A DNA stretch of 64,000 nucleotides. It comes from Eledone cirrhosa. Taxonomy: Eukaryota. The stretch covers positions 98,456,001 through 98,520,000 of the forward strand of contig OZ024746.1 in NCBI GenBank assembly GCA_964016885.1, written 5' to 3'. The notes under the pieces were generated by a model. That model was not told where the DNA came from and did no database searches. It saw only the letters and a program-made list of their open reading frames with translations. Positions within the stretch are counted from its first letter, which is position 1. Every line of letters begins with the position of its first letter. This document shows, piece by piece, positions 1 to 15,867 of the stretch. Made by a program: the position numbers and the translations under genes.

Positions 1-377
1 CGACCCAGGATAATGAAAACAAGCTAAATATCACAATGCATTTTATCGGACACTCTAACCAATGACAGAGATCAATAATTCATTTTGTTATTATCTCTGA
101 TCTCTTCGATCCTGTTCGTGTCAAGAGAGGGGCTGAGCTGTCAACAGATCACCATCTAGTTATCACCAACTAAAGCGAAAGAAGCCCATATACAAACTTA
201 AAGACGAAATTCTTGTGAGGTGGAGACAATATTTTGCTGATCTTCTAAACCCTCTAAATGAGCTTGGCTGGCCTCTCTTGGGGATCCAGCCGGATCAGTT
301 GGAGACGGTTGCTTCTGACAAGACCTGCTGGAAGGAGTGTTTGAGGAGTCTGCCTCCACGACCCTCTAAAGAAGAAG

Positions 378-407
<30 letters not shown>
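1..407 (+). mobile_element. Fragmented RTE-clade LINE remnant with (GAA)n tail
   Basis: 3' end is homologous to 47270-47410 and 19430-19775; GAELSTDHHLV endonuclease-like motif near 130-160. Confidence 0.65.
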
Positions 408-408
<1 letters not shown>

Positions 409-537
409 CCTAAAATCATATAACAATATTTGTTCTTGTATAACTCACCACCCTACCATACGAGAGTGAGTACTGATGAATGACAGTGAAAGCCACACGT
501 CTCTCTCATTCTGAGATAGTTGTGACATTCACATAGC

Positions 538-1135
538 CTGCGCCGCATCGGCGTTTCCTTGAGGCTCGGCCTCCGGATCTGCCAGCCACACCAATGTCGC
601 TGCGAATCCACCGTGGACTCTTTCGGCCTCCACCCGCTTTCCTGTCGCCACAGTGCCGGCCGCCTTCCACGCCATGCTGCCCTCAACGAGGTCATAAAGC
701 ATGGCTTGGACGCTGCGGGATTCCCTTCCGAGCTCGAGCCGGTGGGGCTGGACCGAGGGGACGGCAAAAGGCCAGATGGCATGACCATCTTCCCGTTCCG
801 CGGTGGCAAACCCGTCTGCGGTGCTACTTGCACCGACACTTTCTGCAGCCGCACCCTGGTGCAGTCTGCGACTAACCCAGGTTCTGCTGCACGTCGGGCT
901 GAGGAGGCCAAACTCCTCAAATACCGGTCGCTCTCCGACAGGTTTGCGGTTGTACCCCTGGCAGTGGAGACTTCTGGTGTCCTTGGCCCTAGGGCTACCT
1001 CCCTACTCACCACCATAGGCGCTGAGCTGGCCAGCCGCAGGTGTGAGCCCCGCGAGTTGGAGTGGCTTTTCCAGCGCGTCTCCCTTGCCGTCCTCCGGGG
1101 AAACGCCTTCTCCATCCTGTCCACCGGAGCTGTGG
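538..1135 (+). mobile_element. 5'-truncated CRE-clade non-LTR retrotransposon (zinc knuckle plus restriction-like endonuclease)
   Basis: LRLG...CxC...HxLSC...RH...RPDG...K..KY...VPLAVETSG...SLAVLRGNA motifs; GC-rich. Confidence 0.85.
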
Positions 1136-1243
1136 TAGAGTCCCATCACGTATCATTCCATATTTAAGTATGTGCACTATCACATATTTCACAGCCTAAT
1201 ACTTACTGTGTGCCTAAATAAGTGTTTATTATACGTAAAACAA

Positions 1244-2570
1244 GGGCGGTGGATTGGCAGTATCGGTAGAAGGTCGGACGCCATGCTTTGCAGCATAGAG
1301 TGCTGGCCCTTTCTGATCTGAGTTCAAATCCCGCCGAGGTTAACTTTGCCTTTCATCCTTACGAGGTCGATAAAATAAAGTACCAGTAACGCACTTGGGT
1401 CGATTTAATCGACTTTCCGCTCCCCCAAAATTGCTGGCCATGTGCCTATATAAGAAACCATTATATGTAAAACATTGTTTATAGAATGACAAAAGAACAT
1501 TATCTCTGATCGAGACGAAGCGAAGGTGTATTTGAATACATCTAAAAATGAGAAAACTGATCAACAGTTGACTGTTTCAACGGCTGTTCATATTATTTCT
1601 AGGTTTATATTCACCTTTATTCTTAATCAGGCTGTGTTACTCTTATCACTAATTAGATGTATATCAAATGTATATTTTTTATACTAAAATGTTTGATATC
1701 CATGCTGCATGTCAGTCTATATTAAATATTAAACAACCATTCTTTAATTATTGGCAGAATCAGTGGAGCGTCAGACACCATCCTTCGTAGCATAGAGTTC
1801 TGGCCTTTTACGTTCTGAGTTTAAATTCCGCTGAGGTTAGCTTTGCCTTTCATCCTTACGGGGTCGATAAAATAAAGTACCAGTAACGTACTGAGGTCGA
1901 TTTAATCGACTTTTCCCTTCCCCAAAAGATTGCTGCCTTGTGCCTAAATCAGAAACCATTATTGGCAGAACCAGTGGAGCGTCAGACACCATCCTTCGTA
2001 GCATAGAGTTCTGGCCATTTGCGTTCTGAGTTCAAATTTCCGCCGAGGTTACCTTTGCCTTTCATCCTTATGGTGTCGAAAAATAAAGCACCAGTAATGC
2101 ACTGGGGTCGATTTCATCGCCTTCCCCTCCCATTTAAATTTCTGCCTTGTACCTATAGTAGAAACAATTATGTGATACGTATGAAACACACACACACTCT
2201 AACACACCTAATAATTACACACACACAAACATGTAATAAAACACACAGATACAAACATACGCTATAAATGCACCTTCACACTTATGCACACATACACATA
2301 AACACGCAAATATACACACTGAATATATATACATATACATAAGCATACACACGCAAATAGGTAATAAATATACACATAGACATGTAGGAAACAAACACAC
2401 ACACAATAACATGCAATAAATACACATACACTCTCACAAAACACACATAAACACACAAATATACACACAATGATAAAATTGTCGATAAAATAAAGTCACG
2501 TACTGGGGTCGATTTAATCAATTTTCCCCTCCCTCAAATTGCTGGCCTTGTGCCTACACTAGAAATCATT
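1244..2570 (+). mobile_element. Cluster of tRNA-derived SINE family A (1244-1462, tandem pair 1750-2170, partial 2480-2570)
   Basis: A-box-like TGGCAGTATCGG, B-box GAGTTCAAATCC, shared core GCCTTTCATCCTTACGGGGTCGATAAAATAAAGTACCAG; about 20 copies across the window. Confidence 0.85.
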
Positions 2571-3099
2571 ATAACACTTGTCGTCGTTAACTGCTAGCGA
2601 AACCTACTTTTTATGACAATAATATCTGCAGTGGCTTCTTTGGCGTTCATTTTTTAAGGGGAAGCCATCTTGTATTCAATGCCAACTACATTTTTCCTAT
2701 TATTTCTCTCTCCACACTATAAAGACAAAAATCCTTCTATCGTTCAGTGAAAATGAACCGCTGTGTAGAAGTACTGTTCTTTTATTTTTATTTTTAGCTT
2801 AGAGCAACTTTATTTATTGTGTATGCTATTCTTTGAATGTCGCTAATTAACTTGTCTTCTCCAATTATTATTTTTCGAAAATCAAGATACAATTATCACC
2901 GACTCTTCATTCAGATTCCTTACCATACTTTTCAAGCTGAAAACAGAAACGGATATTTTTCATTCTCAACTAAATGACGGACCTTTTGAATAGCTATTTC
3001 TTTTTTACCATATCAACATTTAATTTATCAAACCTGAATTTTATTTTGGGTAAATATTATTTTATATTTTAATATTTATATACTACTAAAATTCTGCGA

Positions 3100-3153
<54 letters not shown>

Positions 3154-3930
3154 TGTAATACAGCCAAAAGGGTGCGTAATGGGAAATACTTTGAAAGGAA
3201 GTTGTCCCAGAAATGGGAATAATAATAAAACAAAACAAGTTTCTCGTAAATGGAAGCAAGGGTTCCCGAGATATGGGGTTTTTTCTGAGTACCTTCATAA
3301 ACAGAGAGTGAAAAGGGTAAAGAGAAAGTGATAGTTGACCAGTGTATATAGATCACATACACGCACGTATATATACACACACAAACACACACAGTACTGG
3401 GGTTGGTTCTCTATATCTATTTTTTAATTCCTCTCCATCAGTTTCTCTCCCTCCTTCTCTGGAAGAAATTATCTGTGTTCAAACATTGAGATACGATGGG
3501 CCCAGCCAGGTTTAAAATTCACAAGAAAAACCATATGACCCTTCGGCGGCCCCACGACTTCACTAGGAATTGTTCGTCCGTAGTACATACAATAATAAAC
3601 GAGGACTTGTACCACATAAGCTGCACAAATGTTGGTCACTCTCCGACAGGCTGGCGGTCGATCCCGTAGCAGTGAAGACTTCTGGTGTCCTTGACCCTAG
3701 GACCCCCCCCCCCCCTACTCACCACCATCGGCACGAAGCTCTTTACTTGACGTCACGAGGGAAGAGAAAACGAGGCAGATTAAAAGGGGCCGGTGTTGAA
3801 CCATAGATTAAGAGCTGAAACACAGTGAGCTGAGCTTTGAAACTGGCCTTTAACAGGCAGAGGATAAGCTTAAGTGGACATCTCTTGAGTGGTCTACTAC
3901 TACTACTACAACTACTACTACTACTACTAC

Positions 3931-3975
<45 letters not shown>

Positions 3976-3979
<4 letters not shown>

Positions 3980-4190
3980 TGTTTCTAGTATGGATACAAG
4001 GTCCACAATTTGAAGGGGAGGGGAAAGTCGATTAAATCGAACCCAGTGCTTACTGGTACTTTATTTTATCGACCCCGTACGGATGAAAGGCAAAGTTAAC
4101 CTCGGAGGGATTTGAACTTAGACCGTAAAGGACGAAACTCTATGCCACGAAGCATGGTGTCCGACTCTTTACCGATACTGCCAATCCACT
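3976..4190 (-). mobile_element. SINE family A (other - copies: 5725-5915, 16410-16612, 32872-32980, 40816-40945, 50899-51090, 52807-52993)
   Basis: Reverse complement of the same head and core. Confidence 0.8.
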
Positions 4191-4224
4191 ACATTAGCCC
4201 TCAATAATAATAATAATGATGATT

Positions 4225-5720
4225 TCTTTATTTACCATAAAGGAAATATTAGGACGGCACAGGAGGAAAGCATGGTGTGCGTTTGTGTGTATAACAGGTT
4301 TAACAATAGTACAAAGAAAGGTAACAATAAAAAAAATTAAACACTGGAGTAAAAGCCCACAAAAGGCTATAGTTACCCTGGCCGCTAGGGAAAGTGCCCT
4401 CTCCTAGTTGTGCTCCTCCAATCAACACGCGTATACTCAGGACAGGCCCATTCATTCGGACAACGTCCGCCATTTTCACCCACCATTCAACATATTGCTT
4501 GAAAGACAGCACTTCCCTCTTCCCACTGATGTTCCACTTCAGCTGAAACCTGAAAAAGTTAATCAGGGCTTCGCCAAAGAGGAAAGTGATTGTCTTCAAC
4601 CCTTTCAAACGCATCCACCACACGACCTCTTTCTCCACGGCCACCAGGCAAATAAAAACTGCTTGCCCTTCCCCTCTAACCTCTAAAGGAAGAAGGCAAA
4701 GTGATCTTCACAATTGACTCAGTTGATAGTCGGATCCGTCCCACACTTGACATCAGATGTTCAACATAAACACATAAATCAGCAATACTTGGACATTTGA
4801 TGAGTGTGTGCAGGCCGATTTTGTGACCGTGTGCACCTCTCGAACAGGCATATCTATGTCTGTAGAGTTTATCTCGAACTGAAAAGGTCTTTGGTGGCAC
4901 TGCCGGGCCAGGGATCTCTGGAAATTATCCATTAGCCCTGGAAAAGAGTCGCTAGTTGATTTTCATCGACACCTAGAGTCTCCACAAGAACGTTGTCGTT
5001 GTTTGCCGTCCCTAACCCTCTTTAGAACACCAAGGAGGAGTTTTTACCGACCGTACTATCCTACTGACTGAGGGCCGTGAGCACTTGAAGACATTCCAGT
5101 CTCCAGGTTCTCCCTCTCTCTTTTCGCTTCACCCAGGACTGCAACTCTTTTGGGGAGACTGGCTGGGGGAAAACGTGTCTAGCGAACGGCGATCACGCCT
5201 CTTTACCGTGAAGGAAAAGTTTTAGATGTCTTAGTCTCAGCGCATGCTCACACATCATCAGCCACGGAATGTCCAGTCCTCCACACAGCGGGCGTTGACA
5301 GCAACTGGACCGCCTAACCAGTAGAACCTGCCTCTTCCACAAAAAGTGAAAGAGTAAAGGTTCCTGTGCAATCACGGGTGAACCAGGACAAGACACGACG
5401 GTCAGATGGTAATAGATGACGGATGCAATGTACTCTGTCCGACTTTTCAGGGATAGCTTCCATTTGACCCATTTCTGGATAAGAGAGGCTACCATGCTCG
5501 TTACTTCGTCCCAGGTGTTGTCCATCTTGAAGTCCAGTCCAATCTAGACCCCAAGAAATGTAACCGGTCCACGCCTCCAGCACCCGACGTCGCTGTCAGA
5601 CGGCATGAATATGCCTCTTCAGGTGCCGAGCTTTAGGCCCACCTATTTTCCTGGTTAATTTGTGCTCGCCGGTAACACTGCCAGGGATTTCTGCAAGTTG
5701 TGCATTACATTTACACGCCA
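4225..5720 (-). mobile_element. Degenerate L1/Tx1-clade LINE 3' half
   Basis: Post-RT motifs (WKxxxLSLKSR, FxFLW, GGLxxP, ALRLRHL) and a C-terminal Trp-rich region, broken by stops and frameshifts. Confidence 0.7.
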
Positions 5721-6255
5721 GTGATAATTATTTCTACTTTTGGCACAAGGCCAGCAATTATCCCAGTGTGTGACTGGTACTTTATTTATCGACCCTGTAA
5801 GGATGAATGCCAAAGCTAACCCCGGTGAGATTTGAAATCAGACCGTAAAGGACCATAATTCTGTGCTGCAAAGCATGGTGTCCGACGCTCTACCGATTAT
5901 GCCAATCCACCGCCCTGTGTAATAACAAGAACTTGTTATATGCGTGTGTGTGAGTGTGTATGCGCGCGTGTGTATATGTATGTGTGTGTATGTATATGTA
6001 TGTGTGTGTATGCGTGTGTGTCAGTGTGTGTATTGTGTGTGTGTATGCACGAGTGTGTATATGCATGTATGTGTGTTTATGTGTGTGTGTCAGTGTGTCG
6101 ATGTGTGTGCGTATGCGCGAGTGTGTATGTGTGTACGTGTATGTATGTGTGTGTGAGTGAGTGTGCGTGTATGTGTGAGTGTGTGTGTATACAAAATCTG
6201 ATGACAGAGATGTACTTCCTGGCCTCCTTCGTTTCTGATGGTGGAGACACAGATA

Positions 6256-6294
<39 letters not shown>

Positions 6295-6462
6295 TATATG
6301 TATATGTATGTATGTGTGTATATATATACATATATATGTGTGTGTGTGTGTGCATGTGTGTGTATGAATGTGTATGTATATGTATGTATATATGTATCTA
6401 TCTATCTATGTATGTGTTTGTATGTATCTATACATACGTATCTACGTATGTATGTATGTATG

Positions 6463-7023
<561 letters not shown>

Positions 7024-7335
7024 TTGATTTCTTAGGCCTTTGTTTTTTTTGTAAAACAAACACCCAACAAAGCAACAAACAAACGAATATGGACTGACGG
7101 ATGACATTTTCGAGGGATTTATTTAAATAACAATGCAATTTGATTTGATAATTATTGAATGTCTGTTTGGCCTGGCTATAAATAAAATGGCTAGAGACAT
7201 AAGAGGCGTAAAGAGACTGTGAAATGTCAACAGAAGAAACTAATACCAGTGATCTCTGAGCCTAAGTCATTAACACAAAGCAAAAATAATCTCGTTACAA
7301 ACAGGAGACATAGAATAACGCTATTGTATTTTGTT

Positions 7336-7995
<660 letters not shown>

Positions 7996-8928
7996 GAGAG
8001 AGAGAGAGACAATACAGTCACCGATATAACGACCGTACAGTTCGGGCGTGGGACCGGTGTATTGGGGGGCAAAGATTTGGGCCTCAACATGGCCAATGAA
8101 GGTGGTTTTCTGCTAGTAATTATAATGAATAAACCATTTATGTAACATCAGTATCTTATTAATGTTATTATTTTACTGAATCTCCATGGTAACTACAAAC
8201 TACGAATGTTGAGAGCTTTCTCCTACTTGCTCCTGTTTTTACCAAAATAATCTCTTCTAAACACTTATCTAAACTGTTTTATATCATAAAACCAGGGTCA
8301 GTGTGATATTAGTTCTAGTCACTAATGTCCTTTGTGAAAGGTTTGACTAACGGAATCTAACAGATGCAATAATTCTATAATTTTCAAATGTTTTCCTGTT
8401 TTATACCCAAAAACTTCCGCTATTTACTGTCTCATTACTATATAATTCTGTTGACATACTGCATTATGAGAATCATATATATATATATAGTATACCCTCG
8501 GCATTCGCGGTCCTAACATGCGCGGTCCTGGTTATTCGCGGAATTTTCCTCAGAACCTAACTAATAATTGTTCGTAGAAACCACCACATATTCGCGGAAT
8601 CGTAAATATCTTTCACCATTTTTTAATACCTTTTTTAATACCTTTTTTCGTGGCAATATATATTGTTTCACTCTTTTTAACGCTAAATTATTAATAACAA
8701 TATACCGTATTTGCCGGCCTATGTTTTACGTTATGTGTTGACGTTTATAGACATTTTTATGGACCACGTCCTATATTCGCGGTCTTCTAGGAACTTAACC
8801 CCCGCGAATAACTGCGCGGGACAACTGTAAATATATATATATACAGATAAGTATTATTTGTCGAGTGCTTCGTATCTGTTATAAACGTAACTCAGTTGAT
8901 CACATATCAACGAAGTCTTCAACTCATT

Positions 8929-8986
<58 letters not shown>

Positions 8987-9032
8987 ATACATATATATAT
9001 ATATGTATGTATATACATATATATACATATAT

Positions 9033-9599
9033 GGGTCGTGTCGTTGGTCGGGTCGTTGGTGACTAAACTGGCAACCCCACCAAGGTTTCTTGGTGAGGAG
9101 GGTGACTTTGGACATCCTGCAGGACTAAAAACAAAACCTGTCAAAGGGCAAGGGAGCTCTTAAGAGTCAATAGCCATCCAAAATCACCGGGAGAGATGAC
9201 CCCTTAGCCTTTGTCAAGGCAGAATTCTAGGAGAAGGAAAACTCTGATATAACACCTGCAACTCTGATGGTATCCAATGATGTTGACTTGTTCTTCTTTT
9301 TGGTAAATATCATCTTGGTTAAGAGAGTGGGACTGGCTTTGTGCAGTGCCTTTGCTCACTATAAAAGCTTCACGGCACAGGCATTGCTTTATATCTGGAG
9401 ATCTCTCTGCACTTGTCATCACATGGTACCATGGGCCCAGCACTATGTGTCAATAATTGTCACAAGTGTAGTGTTTGTACCAGAGTTTTCAAGTCGCTGG
9501 CTGGACTAAAAAGTCACACTCGTTCAGCGCATCGGTAGGGGTTCTCCTACATGGATATAAAGTAGTGGCCGTACTCGAAAACGAGTTGGCAGCCACCAT
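9033..9599 (+). mobile_element. (ATGT)-tailed retroposon copy 2
   Basis: Same element embedded in a TA/TATG tract. Confidence 0.85.
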
Positions 9600-9654
9600 A
9601 TACATATATATATATATGTATATATATATACATATATATACATATATATATATG

Positions 9655-9769
<115 letters not shown>

Positions 9770-9776
9770 ATATATA

Positions 9777-9826
<50 letters not shown>

Positions 9827-10146
9827 GAAGAGTCGGGACCAGACGGCTGAGCTCTTCCCATTTCAACAGCTAGTTCCTGACTGTTTGCCGAAGGAGGTGA
9901 GAAAAAGATTTAGAGGAAGAATCAACCCAGTACTGTAGGGGTACCTGTTTCATCGGTTTGAACTCAGAACGCAGAAAGCCGGAACAAATGAGGCAAAGTA
10001 TTCTATGTAGGGTATAAAGCCATAACTCTTGGTGGAGATATGGAGGGCTCGTATTGTCATATAGCGTTTCTTGGGCATTTTAAAAACATAGTGGAACCCA
10101 CCCATCCATGCCTCTCCAAGTCTTCTAGAGAAGAAGAGAGAGAGAA

Positions 10147-10239
<93 letters not shown>

Positions 10240-10674
10240 CGATCGATACTTTTTTTTTTATTGGCCTCGAAAAAAAAGAAAGGCAAAGTTGACCTCGGTG
10301 GGCTTTGAACTCAGAGAGCAGAAATCTGGAACGAATACGGCAAACCATTCTCTCCGACGTTCTAGCCACTCTGCTATTCACCACCAATTGTATGTATGCA
10401 AGGAATCAATATTTCATCGAGCTATACATTCCATGTATATCTACTTTTACCGCTATTAACCTATTTCTGTTTTTTCTACTAATATTCTATCTAATGCTTG
10501 ATATGGACGTTCGATATTTTCATTTCCTTGTGGATGATAATAAATGTGATGTTATTTATTTAGTTTCTCTAGGGTTTCTTTCATTAGGCTGTTTACATTT
10601 TCTAATTCGCTATCTCTAAACATATGAATTGAAGCACCATATGTTTAAAAAAATGTGTGCATCTCTCTCTCTCT

Positions 10675-10716
<42 letters not shown>

Positions 10717-10936
10717 CACACACACACACATATATATATATATAACCTCTAGTCTCTTGTTAGGTACTGCAAATGCTCCAAGCTAACCATTTTCCAAATC
10801 AATAACATCACCTATCTGTTTCCTATCGGACACTATTTTACATAATAACCAGATCTGTCTACAGCGAACTTTGCAAATGTAAAAACTACATCGGTCGTAT
10901 ATTAGTATCCTCTAATGAAGCATAAGAAGTGTTGTT

Positions 10937-10963
10937 TATATATATACACACACACACACACAT

Positions 10964-11016
<53 letters not shown>

Positions 11017-11040
11017 TATACATATATATGTATATATATG

Positions 11041-11072
<32 letters not shown>

Positions 11073-11094
11073 CATATATATGTATATATATGTA

Positions 11095-11172
<78 letters not shown>

Positions 11173-11202
11173 TATGTATATATATATATATATATATACA
11201 TA

Positions 11203-11280
<78 letters not shown>
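10937..11280. repeat. Long (TA)n microsatellite, representative of many (TA), (CA), (GA), (TACA), (GAA), (TAA) and (TTGC) tracts
   Basis: Other long tracts: 5940-6587, 9600-9823, 19643-19774, 34380-34990, 39120-39401. Confidence 0.95.
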
Positions 11281-11283
<3 letters not shown>

Positions 11284-11365
11284 ATAATAATAAAATTGAA
11301 GACTAAAATCCAAAGAGGGCTCGATAAGGAAAATATATATCAAATATATAAGAACCGTAGAGCAA

Positions 11366-13163
11366 ATATTTATTAAAATAACAGATTAAAGTTTAAGCAA
11401 AGAATCGCTGCTTTCACCCTTAACGGGATCTTCTGAAACTAACAAAGTCAATCTGTAAACGCAGAACTGGATATTTCAAAAAACGTTGCAACCGGAGGAA
11501 GACAGGAAGACGATACTTTGGTTCGTGGTAACGTTCGCTGGCAAAGAACGGGAAAAAACGAATAATACGTCATTAATAGGAGCGGTGAAAAACAATTACG
11601 CGCAAAGACAAAACCACGTTTATGGTATAAAAGAGGTCGTAGACTAATGTTCTCTTAGGTGGTGCATAGAGACGTTCTCTGGCAATGAACGAAAAAACGA
11701 AGATAATAAGTCATATGTAGTACTAACTGTAATTGTAGGAATCGGGCTGATTGCCCCCTATCCGGGAAATGCCTCTCTAGTAACATTGTCTACAAATGTA
11801 AGGTTGTAACACCCACGTCCCGTAGGGCCTACATAGGGTTAACCGCCAATAGTTTCAAGCAGCGTCTTTACATGCATACCCATTCTTTTTGTTACCCTCT
11901 AAGAAGGAATATGACGTCACTTTCAGCTTATATCTGGAGTCTAAAAGACAACCACACCCAATATAAGTTACACTGGGAGATCCTAGCTAGGGCTAAATCG
12001 TGTAACGGAAATAAAAGACCATGTGACCTCTGCGCCGCTGAGGCCCTGGAAATACTCTACGCTACAGACCACATCTTAAACAAAAAATCTGAGGCAATTT
12101 CGGCTTGTAAACATAAATTGCACAAAACTTTCCTGTATTACAGCCCCACGTTATACCCTAACGGATAGCACGATCTATACGTGGATATTTTACGTCTTGA
12201 TGTGGGAGTTAAGTATATGTTTTGTTTATTCCTTTACTTATTTGCATAGGTAAGTATATATTACCCGTATGTTTTGTGAAGGTATGTATACCTTCTCGTA
12301 CGTATATTTGACTGTTATAGCGTATAATTTTTACATATTTTGGTATTTAGGGTTTGGCTATGTGTATACGGGAGTTTTGCGTCCGCGTGAGTGTGCAGGT
12401 TCGTACGTATGGTGGGTGTGTGTATATGTGTACTTCTTGTTTTAGTTGACTTACGTCTCCGAACATTCGTGTATTTATATGTAGGTATGCGTGTGCGCTT
12501 GTTATATACGTATTTATTTACTTATATACGTTTATATAATTATTTATTTATTTGTACACAAGCATACACACACACACATATTTATATGTGCGTGGTTTTG
12601 TATACCCATGGTAAGGTTTTGCGTATGCTTGTGTATGTACGTATCTGTTTGCGTGTATGTATTTATTTGTTTCTATTACTTCTGTATTGTATTTATTTAC
12701 TTTGTTCTTAACTCTGTAGCGGAGATTCATTTGGTCTCCTAGTTAGAATTTTAGTCTACGATTTCTGCTATACCATTTACGTGGTTTCGTCTTTGCGTCA
12801 TATTGTTCTCCACGCTCCACATATGACTTATTATCTTCGTTTTTTCGTTCATTGCCAGAGAACGTCTCTATGCACCACCTAAGAGAACATTAGTCTACGA
12901 CCTCTTTTATACCATAAACGTGGTTTTGTCTTTGCGCGTAATTGTTTTTCACCGCTCCTATTAATGACGTATTATTCGTTTTTTCCCGTTCTTTGCCAGC
13001 GAACGTTACCACGAACCAAAGTATCGTCTTCCTGTCTTCCTCCGGTTGCAACATTTTTTGAAATATCCAGTTCTGCGTTTACAGATTGACTTTGTTAGTT
13101 TCAGAAGATCCCGTTAAGGGTGAAAGCAGCGATTCTTTGCTTAAACTTTAATCTGTTATTTTA

Positions 13164-13171
<8 letters not shown>
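11366..13171 (+). mobile_element. 5'-truncated Penelope-like element: GIY-YIG endonuclease (open frame 11719-12168) between 353-bp inverted termini
   Basis: CNC...CPLSGKCL...IVY...YIGLT...FKQR...H...W.I...C.LC..E...LNKKSE; 11366-11718 is the reverse complement of 12819-13171 with one mismatch seen. Confidence 0.9.
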
Positions 13172-13218
<47 letters not shown>

Positions 13219-13487
13219 TAGATAGATAGATAGATATATGTATATATATATATGTATATATATATGTATAATATATAAGAACAAAAGATGGTTAAAAGAG
13301 TTCCATGTATTTTATTATGCGCATTTCAAAAACAAATATCATCATGCAATAATATTTGTGTTTTCATCAGATAAAACAGGAAGACATGATATGAAGGTTA
13401 AAAAACACTTGTGGATAGTGCAGTTTTAAATCAACATAAATCAACATTGCTTTATTGTACTACAATAAAACTCACCTCCTACATATA

Positions 13488-13602
<115 letters not shown>

Positions 13603-13969
13603 CCAACACTATTCGAACTGCACTCTTTGTTATTGTTTTTGTTATTTGTCAAGCTATTTAAGCGTATGTTATGACTCTAAGTAGTTGTAAGGTTTCAATA
13701 AATACGTCTGTAGGCGGTATGCCGGTTGAGCTTAGTACCATTGCTGTACATATACCCTACCTTTCTTCAACTCACCGTACTTTATTTTAGTTTAGATTTT
13801 AGGGGTTTATCGCTGACTGCCTATCCGGATAAATCCCCTGGATATGTTTTGGAAACATACTGTTATTTCGCCTAACACTCGGAACTGGAACCAATGGATT
13901 TTGTTTGTAAGGTGCTGATAAGATACGGAAGATCGACCTGTTACAAGGTGATATAACCTTCCTATAGAC

Positions 13970-14460
13970 CATTGGTTCCCTACCAGGGGGCCATGGCCCA
14001 CCAGTGGGCCATAGCTATTTACTGGGGGAGCTACGGGAATTAACTAAAAATCACAAAATTTTATACATAAAAAAGAAGAGTAGTTTCCTAACATAATTTT
14101 TTCTTTTTCTTGCTTCAAATTTTTATATTCAATTTTCTATCAACTTTCTACCTTTTCTAATTATGATTTCACTTCACTTGATAATTATTTAAATCTGGAT
14201 ATAACAATTTATGTTTTAGTAAATAAACTTAGTAAAGAAACTTATTTTTAGCACAGGATATATATGATTTATTTTAGTAAATTTTAGTAAAGTTAATAAT
14301 AAATTTTAAATGATTTGATTGAAATAAAAAGACATGCCGAAATTATTTCTACATAAAAAAATTATATCAAAAATAAATGTTTTTTTTTTTGGGGGGGGGG
14401 GGGATACTGTTTTGCTATATCATTAAGGTGGAATTTATTATAAAGGGTTGGGAACCGCTG
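13970..14460. mobile_element. hAT (Charlie-like) MITE
   Basis: CA(T)TGGTTCCC / GGGAACCGCTG termini; 8-bp TSD ctatagac at 13962 and 14461. Confidence 0.85.
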
Positions 14461-14911
14461 CTATAGACAATCCTACATGTAAAGCTGCACCACCGCTAAC
14501 CAACTATTCTTCTCACAGACTCATGCTTGCAAGCTCTCTTAATCTGCCTGTACATCCTGTATTTGCACTGCTTGTGCTTTGATGTATCTATGCTTTGCTT
14601 TGTTTTTGTTTTGTTTTTTTTTGTTTTTTTTTATTGTTTTTTTTATTGTTTTTGGTCATGTTGAGTAACACCTTCACTCATTCCTTGCTACCCTCTCCCA
14701 ACCTCCTTATCAACTATTGCACCATTTGTGTGATAAATTTTTTATGTAATTTTTGATGTAATTTTTTATGACATTTTATGACATTATGTGCGTCATGTAT
14801 TGTGTCTTTTTCTATATAGAGCTGGCCTTGGGACCCCCTGCTGGTCCTTTAACCTTGTTCTGGTTACGCAGCTTGATGGAGCATGCAACTATTGATATAC
14901 TTTTGTTTATA

Positions 14912-14958
14912 GGCTCTGATGATTCCTGCCATAGGGTATGGATGAAACACTGTTAGCT
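14912..14958 (+). ncRNA. Minimal type I hammerhead-like motif
   Basis: GGCU-CUGAUGA-uUCC..GGAu-GAAAC-ACU-GUU-AGCU. Confidence 0.5.
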
Positions 14959-14998
14959 AATAAAACAATGTATTTCTAAGCACTCTTTGGTTATTCCT

Positions 14999-15065
<67 letters not shown>

Positions 15066-15230
15066 AAACTTGGACGGGAACAAAAACAGAGAGGCAGTAC
15101 AAACAAAGGTTTATTAGGTTCACGTTCTTGAGAGTGGGGGGATATATATATATAATTGGTGTTGGATGCTTAAAGCGTCCGTATGCGGTAGGCCGTATGA
15201 GCACTCGGTGTCCTCGTAGAGCAGAGTATG

Positions 15231-15867
<637 letters not shown>

